Assembly (NCBI GenBank): GCA_047601445.1
Contig: JASGJH010000001.1
Span: forward strand, 3,040,001-3,104,000
Reading direction: 5' to 3'
Source of the DNA: Myxococcales bacterium
GTDB lineage: Bacteria; Myxococcota_A; Polyangia; Polyangiales; DASUME01
Length of the DNA: 64,000 nucleotides
This document shows positions 49,094 through 58,234 of this stretch, piece after piece. Position 1 is the first letter of the stretch; each line of letters opens with the position of its first letter. The translations under genes and the position numbers were made by a program. The notes under the pieces were generated by a model that searched no databases, was not told where the DNA came from, and saw only the letters and a list, made by a program, of their open reading frames with translations.

Positions 49094-50704
49094 ATGACCA
49101 TCACGAGTTCGAGCCAATCGCCAGTTTCAGCAATGAACTACGTGGCCGAAGGTACGGTCGACGACTCCGAAACGACACGTGACTTTCGCGACAAAATCAC
49201 CGAGTTCGTGATTCGCCACCGCTGGGCCAGCGTGGTCCCCGTGGTGCTGCCGCTCTCCAAGGTCTACGACACGTACTGGCAGCTGCGGCACGTCACGATC
49301 CGCAATCTCACGCGCCAAGTGGAGAAGCACGACTCCCGCGTGGCCGAGGTGAGCGCGCAGATCAAGCGCTGGATCGCGGCCGGCAAGCCGGGGCTCCTGC
49401 ACACCTCGCGCAAGAGCTGGCAGAGCGTTTCGGTACGCGCCATCGAATACAAGAAGAATTCCCCGAGCGGCATCGACGTTGACCTGCACGACATCCTCGA
49501 GCTCGACACCGAGCGCCGAACGGTGCGTGTGGAGCCGCGGGTCAACATGGCCCAGCTGACGGCCTTCTTGGCGCCCCGTGGTTGGACCGTGCCGGTGGTC
49601 CCCGAGCTCGACGACCTCACGGTGGGCGGGCTCGTCCTCGGATACGGCATCGAATCCTCTTCCCACAAGTACGGCCTGTTCGCGGACACCGTGAGGGCCA
49701 TGGAAGTGGTGCTCGGCGATGGGCGCGTGGTGCGCGCCACGCCCCAAGAGCACGCGGACCTGTTCTACGCGCTGCCGTGGAGCTACGGCGGACTCGGCAT
49801 GCTCACCGCGGTCGAACTGCCCATCATCCCGTGCAAGCCCTACGTCAAGCTCACCTACGTCCCGGTCAAGAGCCAGGCGGAGGCGTGCAGCGTGTTCGGC
49901 GAACTGGTCTGCCGCGAGAACCCGCCCGAGTTCGTCGACGCCCTGCTGTACACCAAGGACACCGGCGTCATCGTGGTGGGTGATTTCGCGGACCTGCCGC
50001 CGGGCGAAAAGCCCAACCGCATCGGAAACTACTACAAGCCCTGGTTCTACAAGCACATGGAGAGCTTCCTCGAGAAGGGGGAGGCCACCGAGTACGTCCC
50101 GCTGCGAGACTACTACCACCGCTACACCCGCAGCCTGTACTGGCACGGTGAGCTCCTGGTCCCGATCGGGAATCACCCGCTCTTCCGCTACACGCTCGGT
50201 TGGTTGATGCCGCCCAAGGTGTCGCTGATGCGACTCACTCAGACCAAGCGCATGCGCAAGTTCCGCGACGAGCGCAACGTGGTGCAGGACGCCCTGCTGC
50301 CGCTGCGCTTCCTCTCGGAGTCCATCGACATGTTCCACCAGGAATTCGAGTGCTACCCGGTCTGGCTCTGCCCACACAAGGTCTTCAAGACCCAGCCCCA
50401 GGGCGCGCTCAAGCCCTCGCTCCCGGGCGGCGACGAGATGTTCGTCGACGTGGGCGTGTGGCAGGTGCCCGGCTTCGTGAAGCGCAAAGAAAAGTGGAAT
50501 GGCCGCGTGGCGGTGAAGCGCATGGAAGCCTGGCTACGCGCACACCATGGCTATCAGTGTCTGTACGCCGTGACCGAACAGACGCGAAAGCAGTTCTGGG
50601 AGATGTTCGACGGCACGCTCTATCACAAGGCGCGCAAGACCTACGGCGGCGAGGGTGCGTTCATGGACGTGTTCGACAAAGTGAAGCGCCCCGAACAGGC
50701 CTGA
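49094..50704 (+). CDS. FAD-linked delta(24)-sterol reductase homologue (DHCR24/DWF1 family)
   Basis: VRVEP, VPELDDLTVGGL, GIESSSHKYGLF, DLFYALPWSYG, IGNYYKPWF, PLRDYYHRYTRS, FRYTLGWLMPPKVSL, YPVWLCP, FWEMFDG match recalled DHCR24/DWF1 motifs in order. Confidence 0.9.
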   Translation: MTITSSSQSPVSAMNYVAEGTVDDSETTRDFRDKITEFVIRHRWASVVPVVLPLSKVYDTYWQLRHVTIRNLTRQVEKHDSRVAEVSAQIKRWIAAGKPGLLHTSRKSWQSVSVRAIEYKKNSPSGIDVDLHDILELDTERRTVRVEPRVNMAQLTAFLAPRGWTVPVVPELDDLTVGGLVLGYGIESSSHKYGLFADTVRAMEVVLGDGRVVRATPQEHADLFYALPWSYGGLGMLTAVELPIIPCKPYVKLTYVPVKSQAEACSVFGELVCRENPPEFVDALLYTKDTGVIVVGDFADLPPGEKPNRIGNYYKPWFYKHMESFLEKGEATEYVPLRDYYHRYTRSLYWHGELLVPIGNHPLFRYTLGWLMPPKVSLMRLTQTKRMRKFRDERNVVQDALLPLRFLSESIDMFHQEFECYPVWLCPHKVFKTQPQGALKPSLPGGDEMFVDVGVWQVPGFVKRKEKWNGRVAVKRMEAWLRAHHGYQCLYAVTEQTRKQFWEMFDGTLYHKARKTYGGEGAFMDVFDKVKRPEQA

Positions 50705-50913
50705 TTCGCGCCCTTTCACGGATCGCAAACAGCCCGCTCCTCCACGCGAGCGCACGCTCGCACACGTGCGCTCGCGCCGAGCACGCGAATCCGCCGCGGA
50801 GAAGCCGCCAAAGTTGCGAGTCCCTTCTTGCGAGTGGTCGCCTGGGTGGCACATGTGATGAGGCTCCCGGGAGTCCAGGCTTGGAGCGCTTTCAGCGCGG
50901 GCAAGGAGGCGCC

Positions 50914-51657
50914 ATGGCAAAGGTTCGCATCGAAGACGGTTGGTTGGACGTGCGAGTGAGCTGGCTCGAGCGCGTCCTGCTCTCCGAGAAGGCCCGCCAT
51001 GTTCCTCTTTCGAGCGTCGAATCCGTGAACCCGCACCCTGCCCTGCTCGACATGCTGCTGTACTGGACCGATCAGCGTGGTGTCTGGCTGGGCGGCGCCA
51101 CCAAGTACGAGGGCTACCTGGTTCCAAGCACGCGCAATCCCAACAACACCATGTCCATCCAGGTGGCCGGTGAACAACCCTGGTACGTGGAGCTCGACGA
51201 TCAAGAGCCCGTGGCAGTGGCCGCCGAGATCGAGCGCTGCCTCGGCCCGCGCGTGCGAGCGCCCACGCCGTCGCAAGCGACCCGGGTGCTGCAAGCCCAC
51301 GCGCGACGAACCCAGGGTGTGGTCGTGGCGACCGCGCAGAGCGAGCTCGAAGACGACGATTGGGACGAGGAGCTTCCGATGTCCCGGCAGGAGTCCTCGC
51401 GGCGCGACAGCGGCGCATCACCGCTCGAGACTCAAGGCGAGCCCAGCCCCTCGCGTCTGCGTCTACGGCTCCACGAGGATCGCGACGTGTCTCGCCTCGG
51501 TGGCTGGCTGCTGGCTACCGGCGCCTTCGGCGTGCTGGCGGGCACGACCATCGTGGCAGCCGGGCATTTGCCTGGTTTGTTGGCCGTGGGGGCCGGACTG
51601 GCCTGCGCCATCATGGGGGGCTTGGCGCTCGCTCTGGTGGCTCATCACCAGGGCTGA
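50914..51657 (+). CDS. Hypothetical protein (beta-rich PH-like N-terminus, acidic linker, 2 C-terminal TM)
   Basis: AAGGAGG RBS before ATG 50914; C-terminal hydrophobic hairpin. Confidence 0.75.
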   Translation: MAKVRIEDGWLDVRVSWLERVLLSEKARHVPLSSVESVNPHPALLDMLLYWTDQRGVWLGGATKYEGYLVPSTRNPNNTMSIQVAGEQPWYVELDDQEPVAVAAEIERCLGPRVRAPTPSQATRVLQAHARRTQGVVVATAQSELEDDDWDEELPMSRQESSRRDSGASPLETQGEPSPSRLRLRLHEDRDVSRLGGWLLATGAFGVLAGTTIVAAGHLPGLLAVGAGLACAIMGGLALALVAHHQG

Positions 51658-51688
51658 CACGCTTGCCCGAGCGGGTATGCTCGGAGCC

Positions 51689-52466
51689 ATGAAAGCTCCC
51701 TGGCGTCGAATCCCCGGTTTGGCTCAGCTGCGCGCTCGCCCTCGCCTGCAGCGCCTGTCGCTCGGACCCAACGCACACGCCGCCCCCACCGCCCCTGCCC
51801 GTGGCGCCACCGCCCTCGGTCCCCAGCCCGACGCCGGAACCCGCTTCGGAGACGCCTCAGGCGACCCGCACCACCGGCGGGTCCAACACGGTCGCGTCCG
51901 GGGACGGCAAGGGAGAGCCACACGCACCCAAGCACGAAGCCACCGCGGGAGCGAAGCACACGGGAAATTCCCTCTACGACCTGGCGAAGCGCGGCGAAGC
52001 GACGTTGCCTACGACCGCGCCTGCAGCATCGCCCACGCCCACGCCCACGCCGCCGCCCGTCGCCCCTCCGGCGCCCGTTCCAAGCGCGCCTGCGCCTGCG
52101 CCGAGCGCACCGAAGGGCAAGGTGACCATCCCGAGCACCGAGCACGTGCGGGTCGATGTGCCCGCGGGTTTGCAGGCCGCGCTCGACGCGGACCCACGCA
52201 TGCAGCCCTGGGCCAACAAGGTGATCAGCGTGATCGACGGCTGCTACGCGGGAGAGCGCAACAGCAACAAGAGCGCGGCTGGCACCATCAGCGTGCTCGT
52301 AACGATGCACTCCGAGAGCCGCCCCGACGCCGACATCAAGTCCTTGCCGTCTGCGCTCTCGGGCGTGGTGGCCTGCGCCACGGGTGGCCTCATGCGCACC
52401 AAGATGCCGCTGTTCACGGGCAAAGAAGGCGAGAAGCACACGCTGAACATCCGCTTCACGCAGTGA
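51689..52466 (+). pseudogene. Pro-rich lipoprotein with AgmX/PglI (TonB-C-like) C-terminal domain, apparently +1 frameshifted near 51718-51720
   Basis: ATG 51689 gives MKAPWRRIPG; signal continuation WLSCALALACSAC is in the +1 frame, which is open to 52466 but has TGA at 51690; could be a sequencing error. Confidence 0.6.
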
Positions 52467-52502
52467 GCCGAACGGCCGTCTCACGCCGTGAAGCGGTGGG
52501 GT

Positions 52503-55100
52503 TCAGTAGGGATTGTCGGGGATGGCCGAGCGCAGCGCGCTGCTGACCTTGGGCTTGGGATTCGCGGCCGGCGGCGCCTCCGAGCCCTCGGACTTCGGAC
52601 GAACGTCACGCCGCAACTTGGCGCGCTCCGCAGCCTGATCGGCTTGGGCCGCCGCGGTGGTGCCCTCGGCGACGGATGGGGCCGGTAGGACGGTGGGCGC
52701 CTTGCGAGCTGGCTTGGACGAAGCCGCGCCGGCCGAGTGCGCTGCAGTAGCAGGAGCGCTGGCGGAACGCGCGCCCGTCGCTGGCTCGAGCTGGGGCGCG
52801 ACGTCCCGTGCCTCGGTGCGGGCAGGTCCCTGCTGGAGCTCTTGCTTTTCGAGCGCCTTCGCCGTGTCGGGCGACATCGAGTCGACCTGAAGGGTGCTGG
52901 GACTCGCCGCGGTGCTCCGTGAACGCCCGACCGATTGCCGGACGTTGGCGCCGATGAAAGCCACCACGATGGCCGCCGCGGCAGCCATCGCCCACCAGCG
53001 CGCGTTGCCACGGGGGCGTGCATCGTCGTCGAGATCGGCCTGCGGCGGCAGCGTGCGCTCCGCTGTGTTAGGCGGCGTCAGGCTGCTCGGTGCGAGCGCG
53101 ACCGAGCTCGAAATGCTCACCAAGGAGGTTCCTGGGCCTGAATCGCCAGGAGTCGCGACGAACGGGGCCTCGCGCCGCGTGCTGGGTCGGGAGGCCGCGC
53201 TCTCGCTGGCTTCGCTCGCACGAATCGCCTCGAAGGTCTTCGGCAGCGCTTCGGCGGACGGGGTGGGTCGCGAGGCGAGCGGCGCGCCCACGGGCTCGGG
53301 TGGAATCGAAAGGCGCGCGGGGATGGAGTCCCTGCGTACCGCGGACACCGGCTCGGTCTCGATCACGGGAGATGATTTGCGCGGCAGTGGCGGCGGCAGC
53401 GTGGAGCGCGCCGCGGGCGGCTTCGAGGGCATGTAGGATGGACGCGCGGCTTGCGGAGCCGGCGGAGGGAGGCTCGTGATCCCGGCATAACGACCGGTGT
53501 CGACCTCGTCGAACATGTTGAGCTCACGCGCGGGCTGGGTCTTGCCCGGCGACTCCGGCTTGGGCTGGCGTGACACACGCTTGCTGCGCGCGGAGGGATC
53601 GATTTGGCTGTAGGCGCCCGGGCGCGGTGGCGGGGTTCCACCTGCAGGCCCCTGGGGCGCGGCGCTCACACGATTGGGCGTGGTACGCGCCGTGTCGATG
53701 ATCGACTCGAGCGCATCCGCCGCAGCGCTTGCGCCGAACGCGGCTGCTTCCGCCTCGGCGGACTCGAAGCTCGACTTCTCGATCACCGCGCTGGCATGGC
53801 TGTCGGTACCCGCTGCGCCGTCCGAGAATGCTCCGTAAGGAGGCGTGCTCACGCGCACACGTCGCGGCGGACGCGGCACCTCGTTCATGCTGTGGAACGC
53901 CAGGAAACGCGGCGCCGTGGGCTCATCGTCACGCTGAATGGGGAACAGACCGAGGCGATCGCGTTTGGCGTGCACCGGCGTCTTGTCCGGATCGCTACTG
54001 CCATCGGTGTCGCCCGAGGATCCGCCGTGAATTCTTCCGCTCAAGTAAGGATCCTCCTGCCGTGGGTCCAAGAAACCGTGGGTGCGTGCGCCGGGCAACG
54101 CGAACTCGCTGGCGAGGTCGCCCGACTTGCGGCGTCGCTCGATGAGCTCGCGGCCCATCACGCTGGTGACCCAGGCGCCGATCTCGCCCGGCGAGGCGAA
54201 CAGGGCCTGGTTGAGTGCGGCATCGCGTAGTTCGCGGGCCATCTCGTGGGCGCTCGAGAAACGTGCGGCCGGGTCGCGCTCGAGCGCGCGCATGCAGACC
54301 GCGTCCAGACTGCGCGGAGGGCAGGCCCCCACCTCGCTGGGCCGGGGAATCCGGCGGTGGAGCAGGTTCTGAAAGGTCCGCTCCTCGGTGTCGGCGGCGA
54401 ACAAGTGCTCGCCCGTGAGGGCCTCCCACAACGTGATGCCGACGATGAACAGGTCCGCGCGGTGGTCGACGTGCTCGGGGTCCAGCGCTTGCTCCGGCGC
54501 CATGTACGCGACCCGCAAACGCTCGCTGCGGGTCCGCGACGGCTCGATGCCGCGCGCGCTCATCTGGCTGAAGTCCGTGAGCCGGCCGACGCCATCGACA
54601 CCCACCAAGATGTGCCGCGCACAGGGCGCCTGGTGCACGATGCGCAGCGGCTGCTCGTCGTCGCCGAAGGCGTGGTGGACCGCGTGTAGACCGCTGAGCG
54701 CGTCCACCAGGAGCGGCAGCACGAAACGCGGTTGCGCCATCGCTCCCACGCGGACCAGCACCCGCTCGAGGTTCTCGCCCTCGATATAGTCGCTGACCAC
54801 GTAGCAGCCGCCTTCGCTGCCAACGTCGAGCACTCCCACGAGATTGGCGTGATGAAGCCCTGCCGTGAGCTGCGCCTCGTCGACCAGCAGCTTGATGTAG
54901 TTCTCCTGCCCGGCGTACTCGGGACGCAGCCGCTTGATGGTCAGGAGACGCTGAAAGCCGAGGGGGCCACGCTTCTTGGCAAGGTGGACGGTCGTCAGCT
55001 CACCGCGGGCCAACTCGGTAAGCAGGGTGTACGGGCCCAAGAGCTCACCGCTCGGCTCACGCACCTGGGCGGGCGACCTGTTTCCCTCGTCCCGCTCCAC
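52503..55100 (-). CDS. Ser/Thr pseudokinase with long disordered linker, TM helix and Pro/Ala-rich tail
   Basis: GPYTLL, GFQRLLTIKRL, DEA, YMAPEQ, ADLF present; Gly loop RGELTT, HRD->HQA and DFG->DFS degenerate; GGAGG RBS before GTG 55100. Confidence 0.88.
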   Translation of the reverse strand: MERDEGNRSPAQVREPSGELLGPYTLLTELARGELTTVHLAKKRGPLGFQRLLTIKRLRPEYAGQENYIKLLVDEAQLTAGLHHANLVGVLDVGSEGGCYVVSDYIEGENLERVLVRVGAMAQPRFVLPLLVDALSGLHAVHHAFGDDEQPLRIVHQAPCARHILVGVDGVGRLTDFSQMSARGIEPSRTRSERLRVAYMAPEQALDPEHVDHRADLFIVGITLWEALTGEHLFAADTEERTFQNLLHRRIPRPSEVGACPPRSLDAVCMRALERDPAARFSSAHEMARELRDAALNQALFASPGEIGAWVTSVMGRELIERRRKSGDLASEFALPGARTHGFLDPRQEDPYLSGRIHGGSSGDTDGSSDPDKTPVHAKRDRLGLFPIQRDDEPTAPRFLAFHSMNEVPRPPRRVRVSTPPYGAFSDGAAGTDSHASAVIEKSSFESAEAEAAAFGASAAADALESIIDTARTTPNRVSAAPQGPAGGTPPPRPGAYSQIDPSARSKRVSRQPKPESPGKTQPARELNMFDEVDTGRYAGITSLPPPAPQAARPSYMPSKPPAARSTLPPPLPRKSSPVIETEPVSAVRRDSIPARLSIPPEPVGAPLASRPTPSAEALPKTFEAIRASEASESAASRPSTRREAPFVATPGDSGPGTSLVSISSSVALAPSSLTPPNTAERTLPPQADLDDDARPRGNARWWAMAAAAAIVVAFIGANVRQSVGRSRSTAASPSTLQVDSMSPDTAKALEKQELQQGPARTEARDVAPQLEPATGARSASAPATAAHSAGAASSKPARKAPTVLPAPSVAEGTTAAAQADQAAERAKLRRDVRPKSEGSEAPPAANPKPKVSSALRSAIPDNPY

Positions 55101-55293
55101 ACTTCCTCCGTGCCACCGGTTCTCCGCCCGCGCGCCCGAGGGCGCGCTTCGACCCGAGTCGGCTAACGCTCTGTCGGCGCGATCACCCACCCTTATGAGC
55201 TTTACAAAACGCGCGCTGTGGGCACAAGCAAAGGTGCCTCAGCAGACACAGATGCTCCCGTTCCTGCGTTCTAATCGCAACGCAATTTTTCAT

Positions 55294-56268
55294 TCACACG
55301 GTGAGCACAATCTTGCCCTGTACCTTGCGAGTGGTGATCTGATCGAGCGCCTCTGCGGCCCGCTCGAGGGGATACGTGGCGCTGACTTCGATGGTCAGCT
55401 GACCCCGCTCGTACATGCCGAACAGGGCCCGCATCGCCTCGCCGATCTTGGCGGGATCCTTGTCCTGATAGGGGCCCCAGTGCAGCCCGACCAGCGAGAT
55501 GTTCTTGAGCAACACGCGGTTCATGGCGCAGGTCGGAATGCGGCCCGAGGCGAACCCGATTACATGGAGGTTGCCCGCGAACGCGATGCACTTGAGTGAC
55601 AAGTCGAAGACATCGCCGCCCACCGGGTCGTAAATGTGGTCCGCGCCGCGCCCCTGTGTTGCTTGCAACACTTCTTGTACCCAGCTCGGATCACGCGAGT
55701 CGTAGGCCGCCTCGGCTCCCTGAGACACCACGAACGCACGCTTCTCCGGGCTGCCTGCCGTCGCGAGCACCCGCGCGCCGAGAGCCTTGCCGATTTGCAC
55801 GGCGGCGAGCCCCACGCCGCCAGCCGCGCCGTGGACCAAGAGCGTCTGCCCGGGCTGCACCGGTGCGCGGTACACGAGCGCGAAGTACGAGGTGTGATAG
55901 ACGACGGTGAGCGCCGCGGCGTGCTCCCAGGTCATCTTTTCGGGCAGCACGTGGACGCGCTCGGCACTCACGGCTACCTGGCTCGCGTAGGCCCCGTAGG
56001 GCAAGAGGGCGAGCACCCGTTGACCAGGCTCGAGCCCGCGCACGTCCGGCGCCACCTCCCGAATCGACCCGGCCACCTCGGAGCCCGGAGCGAAGGGAAA
56101 CGGGGGACGGATCTGGTACTTGCCCTGCACCATCAGAATGTCCGCCAAGTTCACGCCGATGGTCTTCACGTCGATCAGGACTTGGCCCGGCTGCAGCGTG
56201 GGCGCGGGCAGCTCCACGAGCTGGAGATCGCGGGGCTCGCACCAACGGTCGACTTGCATGGCTTTCAT
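55294..56268 (-). CDS. NADPH:quinone oxidoreductase (zeta-crystallin/MDR family)
   Basis: GKYQIRPPFPFAPGSEVAG, HGAAGGVGLAAVQ, DPVGG, IGFASG, GKIVL. Confidence 0.93.
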   Translation of the reverse strand: MKAMQVDRWCEPRDLQLVELPAPTLQPGQVLIDVKTIGVNLADILMVQGKYQIRPPFPFAPGSEVAGSIREVAPDVRGLEPGQRVLALLPYGAYASQVAVSAERVHVLPEKMTWEHAAALTVVYHTSYFALVYRAPVQPGQTLLVHGAAGGVGLAAVQIGKALGARVLATAGSPEKRAFVVSQGAEAAYDSRDPSWVQEVLQATQGRGADHIYDPVGGDVFDLSLKCIAFAGNLHVIGFASGRIPTCAMNRVLLKNISLVGLHWGPYQDKDPAKIGEAMRALFGMYERGQLTIEVSATYPLERAAEALDQITTRKVQGKIVLTV

Positions 56269-56334
56269 GTCCTGGCTGCTACCGTGGACGAACCTCCGTG
56301 TCCAATGCGCAGCGACGCGCTATGTCGGGGCGCC

Positions 56335-57225
56335 GTGAACCTGCATCAGTCCTCCATCGCCATCACCGGAGCCACCGGCTTTCTCGGCGGCTTCCTGGTC
56401 CGAAAGCTGCTCGCGCGCGGCGCCAAGGTCGTCGCCGTGGTCCGCAATCCGAGCAAGGCTTCCGAGCTCTCCGCCTTGGGCGCCGAAGTCCGGCGGGCAG
56501 ACCTCGGTGAGCCCGAAGCGTTGAGCGCCGCGTTCCACGGCTGCGACGCGGTGATCTCGAACGCCGCGGTGGTTTCCTTCAGCGAGCCGCGCAAGACCCA
56601 CGCGACCAACGTGGAGGGCACCAAGAACGTATTCGGCGCCATCGCCACGCAAGGCATCAAGCGTGCGATCGCCATCTCCTCGGCGTCCGCCTACCGTGCG
56701 TCCCCCTTCGTACGCACGGAGCAGAGCCGCCTACGCGCAGGCGGTGCCCTGAATCCCCTGAGCGCCTACGGCTCGTCGAAGGCCGAGTCCGAGCGCCTGG
56801 CCTGGCAGCTCTCGCGTGAACACGGCGTTTGTCTCACTACGTTTCGGCCCTGTGGCATCAGCGGGCCCCGCGATCCTCTCCTGATGGGCGCGCTCGCGAA
56901 GCTGGGCAAACTGCCCTTCGCTCCACTCCCCGTGTTCACCGAGATCGGCGTGGTGCACGCCGAGGACGTGGCCGAAGCCGTGGCGCTGGCGCTGGAGAAG
57001 CCTCAAGTTGCCTGTGGCAAGGCCTACAATCTGCAGGGCGTGAGCATCTCCCTGTGGCGCATGGTGGAGGCCTATCGGCGCGCGGGCGGAAGTGCCCCGC
57101 GCTGGCTCTTGCCGGTGCCGTTTCCCTTCTTGCTGCGCTACGACGATCGCCTCGCACGCCACGACCTCGGCTGGCGCCCGCGCGACATCGACGCCGTCTG
57201 TCAGGACGCGCTGCGCGGAGTTTGA
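56335..57225 (+). CDS. NAD-dependent epimerase/dehydratase (extended SDR)
   Basis: ITGATGFLG, TNVEGT, ISS, YGSSK catalytic motif, RP...GP.D, VHAEDVA. Confidence 0.9.
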   Translation: MNLHQSSIAITGATGFLGGFLVRKLLARGAKVVAVVRNPSKASELSALGAEVRRADLGEPEALSAAFHGCDAVISNAAVVSFSEPRKTHATNVEGTKNVFGAIATQGIKRAIAISSASAYRASPFVRTEQSRLRAGGALNPLSAYGSSKAESERLAWQLSREHGVCLTTFRPCGISGPRDPLLMGALAKLGKLPFAPLPVFTEIGVVHAEDVAEAVALALEKPQVACGKAYNLQGVSISLWRMVEAYRRAGGSAPRWLLPVPFPFLLRYDDRLARHDLGWRPRDIDAVCQDALRGV

Positions 57226-57270
57226 CGCGGCGGAACAGGCGAGGCGGGCGCCTGTGTTAGCGTTCCGACC

Positions 57271-58179
57271 ATGCGACGCCTCCTCTCCACCTTCGCCATC
57301 GTCTGGGCTGCCCAACTCGCGCACGGCGCGGTCCACGCGCAAGCCTCGGGCTACGCCGCCCCTGCTCCCAACAGCCCGCCGACCGGCAGCCCCGCTCCGG
57401 CGCAGCCTGCCCCCACGGCGCCGCCCGCGGTGTACTACGCGCCGCCACAAAACTACGCGCCGGCTCCGTCGGCCCCCCAGGTGCAGCCATACGCGCAGCA
57501 ACCTGCCGCTCCAGTAGCCACCTACCCCGCGGCTCCCCCTCCCGCGCCGATGACCCCGACGCCGCCCGCGCAGCCTCAAGTGGACGCCGCTTACGGAGCA
57601 GCGCCCGCGCCCTCCACTCCGACCGGCGTGCTCTTGCCCGCACCGCCGCCTGGCTACGTGTACACCGCCACGCCAGCGGTCCCGGACGAGCAGCGCGCGG
57701 CCAACGCCAGCGAGCTGCAGCGCATCGAAGCGCGCCTCGATGCCCTCAAGGCCGAGCGCGCCCAGCACGGCATCGGAGGTCCCATCGCCCTGATGGCAGG
57801 CGGCTACGCCACGGCCCTAGGCTGCTCGCTGTTCGCGCTGGCGGCGTTCGGAACGGCCCAGGACATCGAGCACCTCGGCTTCTCGCGCGACCAGAAGCAG
57901 CTCGACAAGTACGACCTCAACCACGACGACGTCGTGAACCACGAGGACGAGGACTCCGCGCGCAGGGCCGCCCGGGTGATGGGCACGCTGAGCGTGATCG
58001 GCGCCGGCGTCGGCCTGTTCGGAACGCTCTTCTTCGCCCGTCGCAACGCCAAGCGCAACGCCAGCAAGGACGAGATCCTGGCGCTCAAGAACCGACGTCG
58101 CGAGCTGATTCACTCGCTGCAGTACGGGGCGAACGTCGGCACGAGCGACCTGGGCCTGAAGCTCTCCGGAAGGTTCTGA
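57271..58179 (+). CDS. Pro-rich exported/membrane protein
   Basis: Signal peptide, P/A/Y/Q-rich region, short coiled coil, two hydrophobic helices, C-terminal LKLSGRF. Confidence 0.8.
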   Translation: MRRLLSTFAIVWAAQLAHGAVHAQASGYAAPAPNSPPTGSPAPAQPAPTAPPAVYYAPPQNYAPAPSAPQVQPYAQQPAAPVATYPAAPPPAPMTPTPPAQPQVDAAYGAAPAPSTPTGVLLPAPPPGYVYTATPAVPDEQRAANASELQRIEARLDALKAERAQHGIGGPIALMAGGYATALGCSLFALAAFGTAQDIEHLGFSRDQKQLDKYDLNHDDVVNHEDEDSARRAARVMGTLSVIGAGVGLFGTLFFARRNAKRNASKDEILALKNRRRELIHSLQYGANVGTSDLGLKLSGRF

Positions 58180-58234
58180 CCCCTTCCGCATCGGCTCCCC
58201 CCGAGTCACCCGTGCAAGCGTGCGTGCGGGGGGC

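Noticed and set aside
56335..57225. 3-beta-hydroxysteroid dehydrogenase assignment
   Set aside because: Only generic extended-SDR motifs are visible
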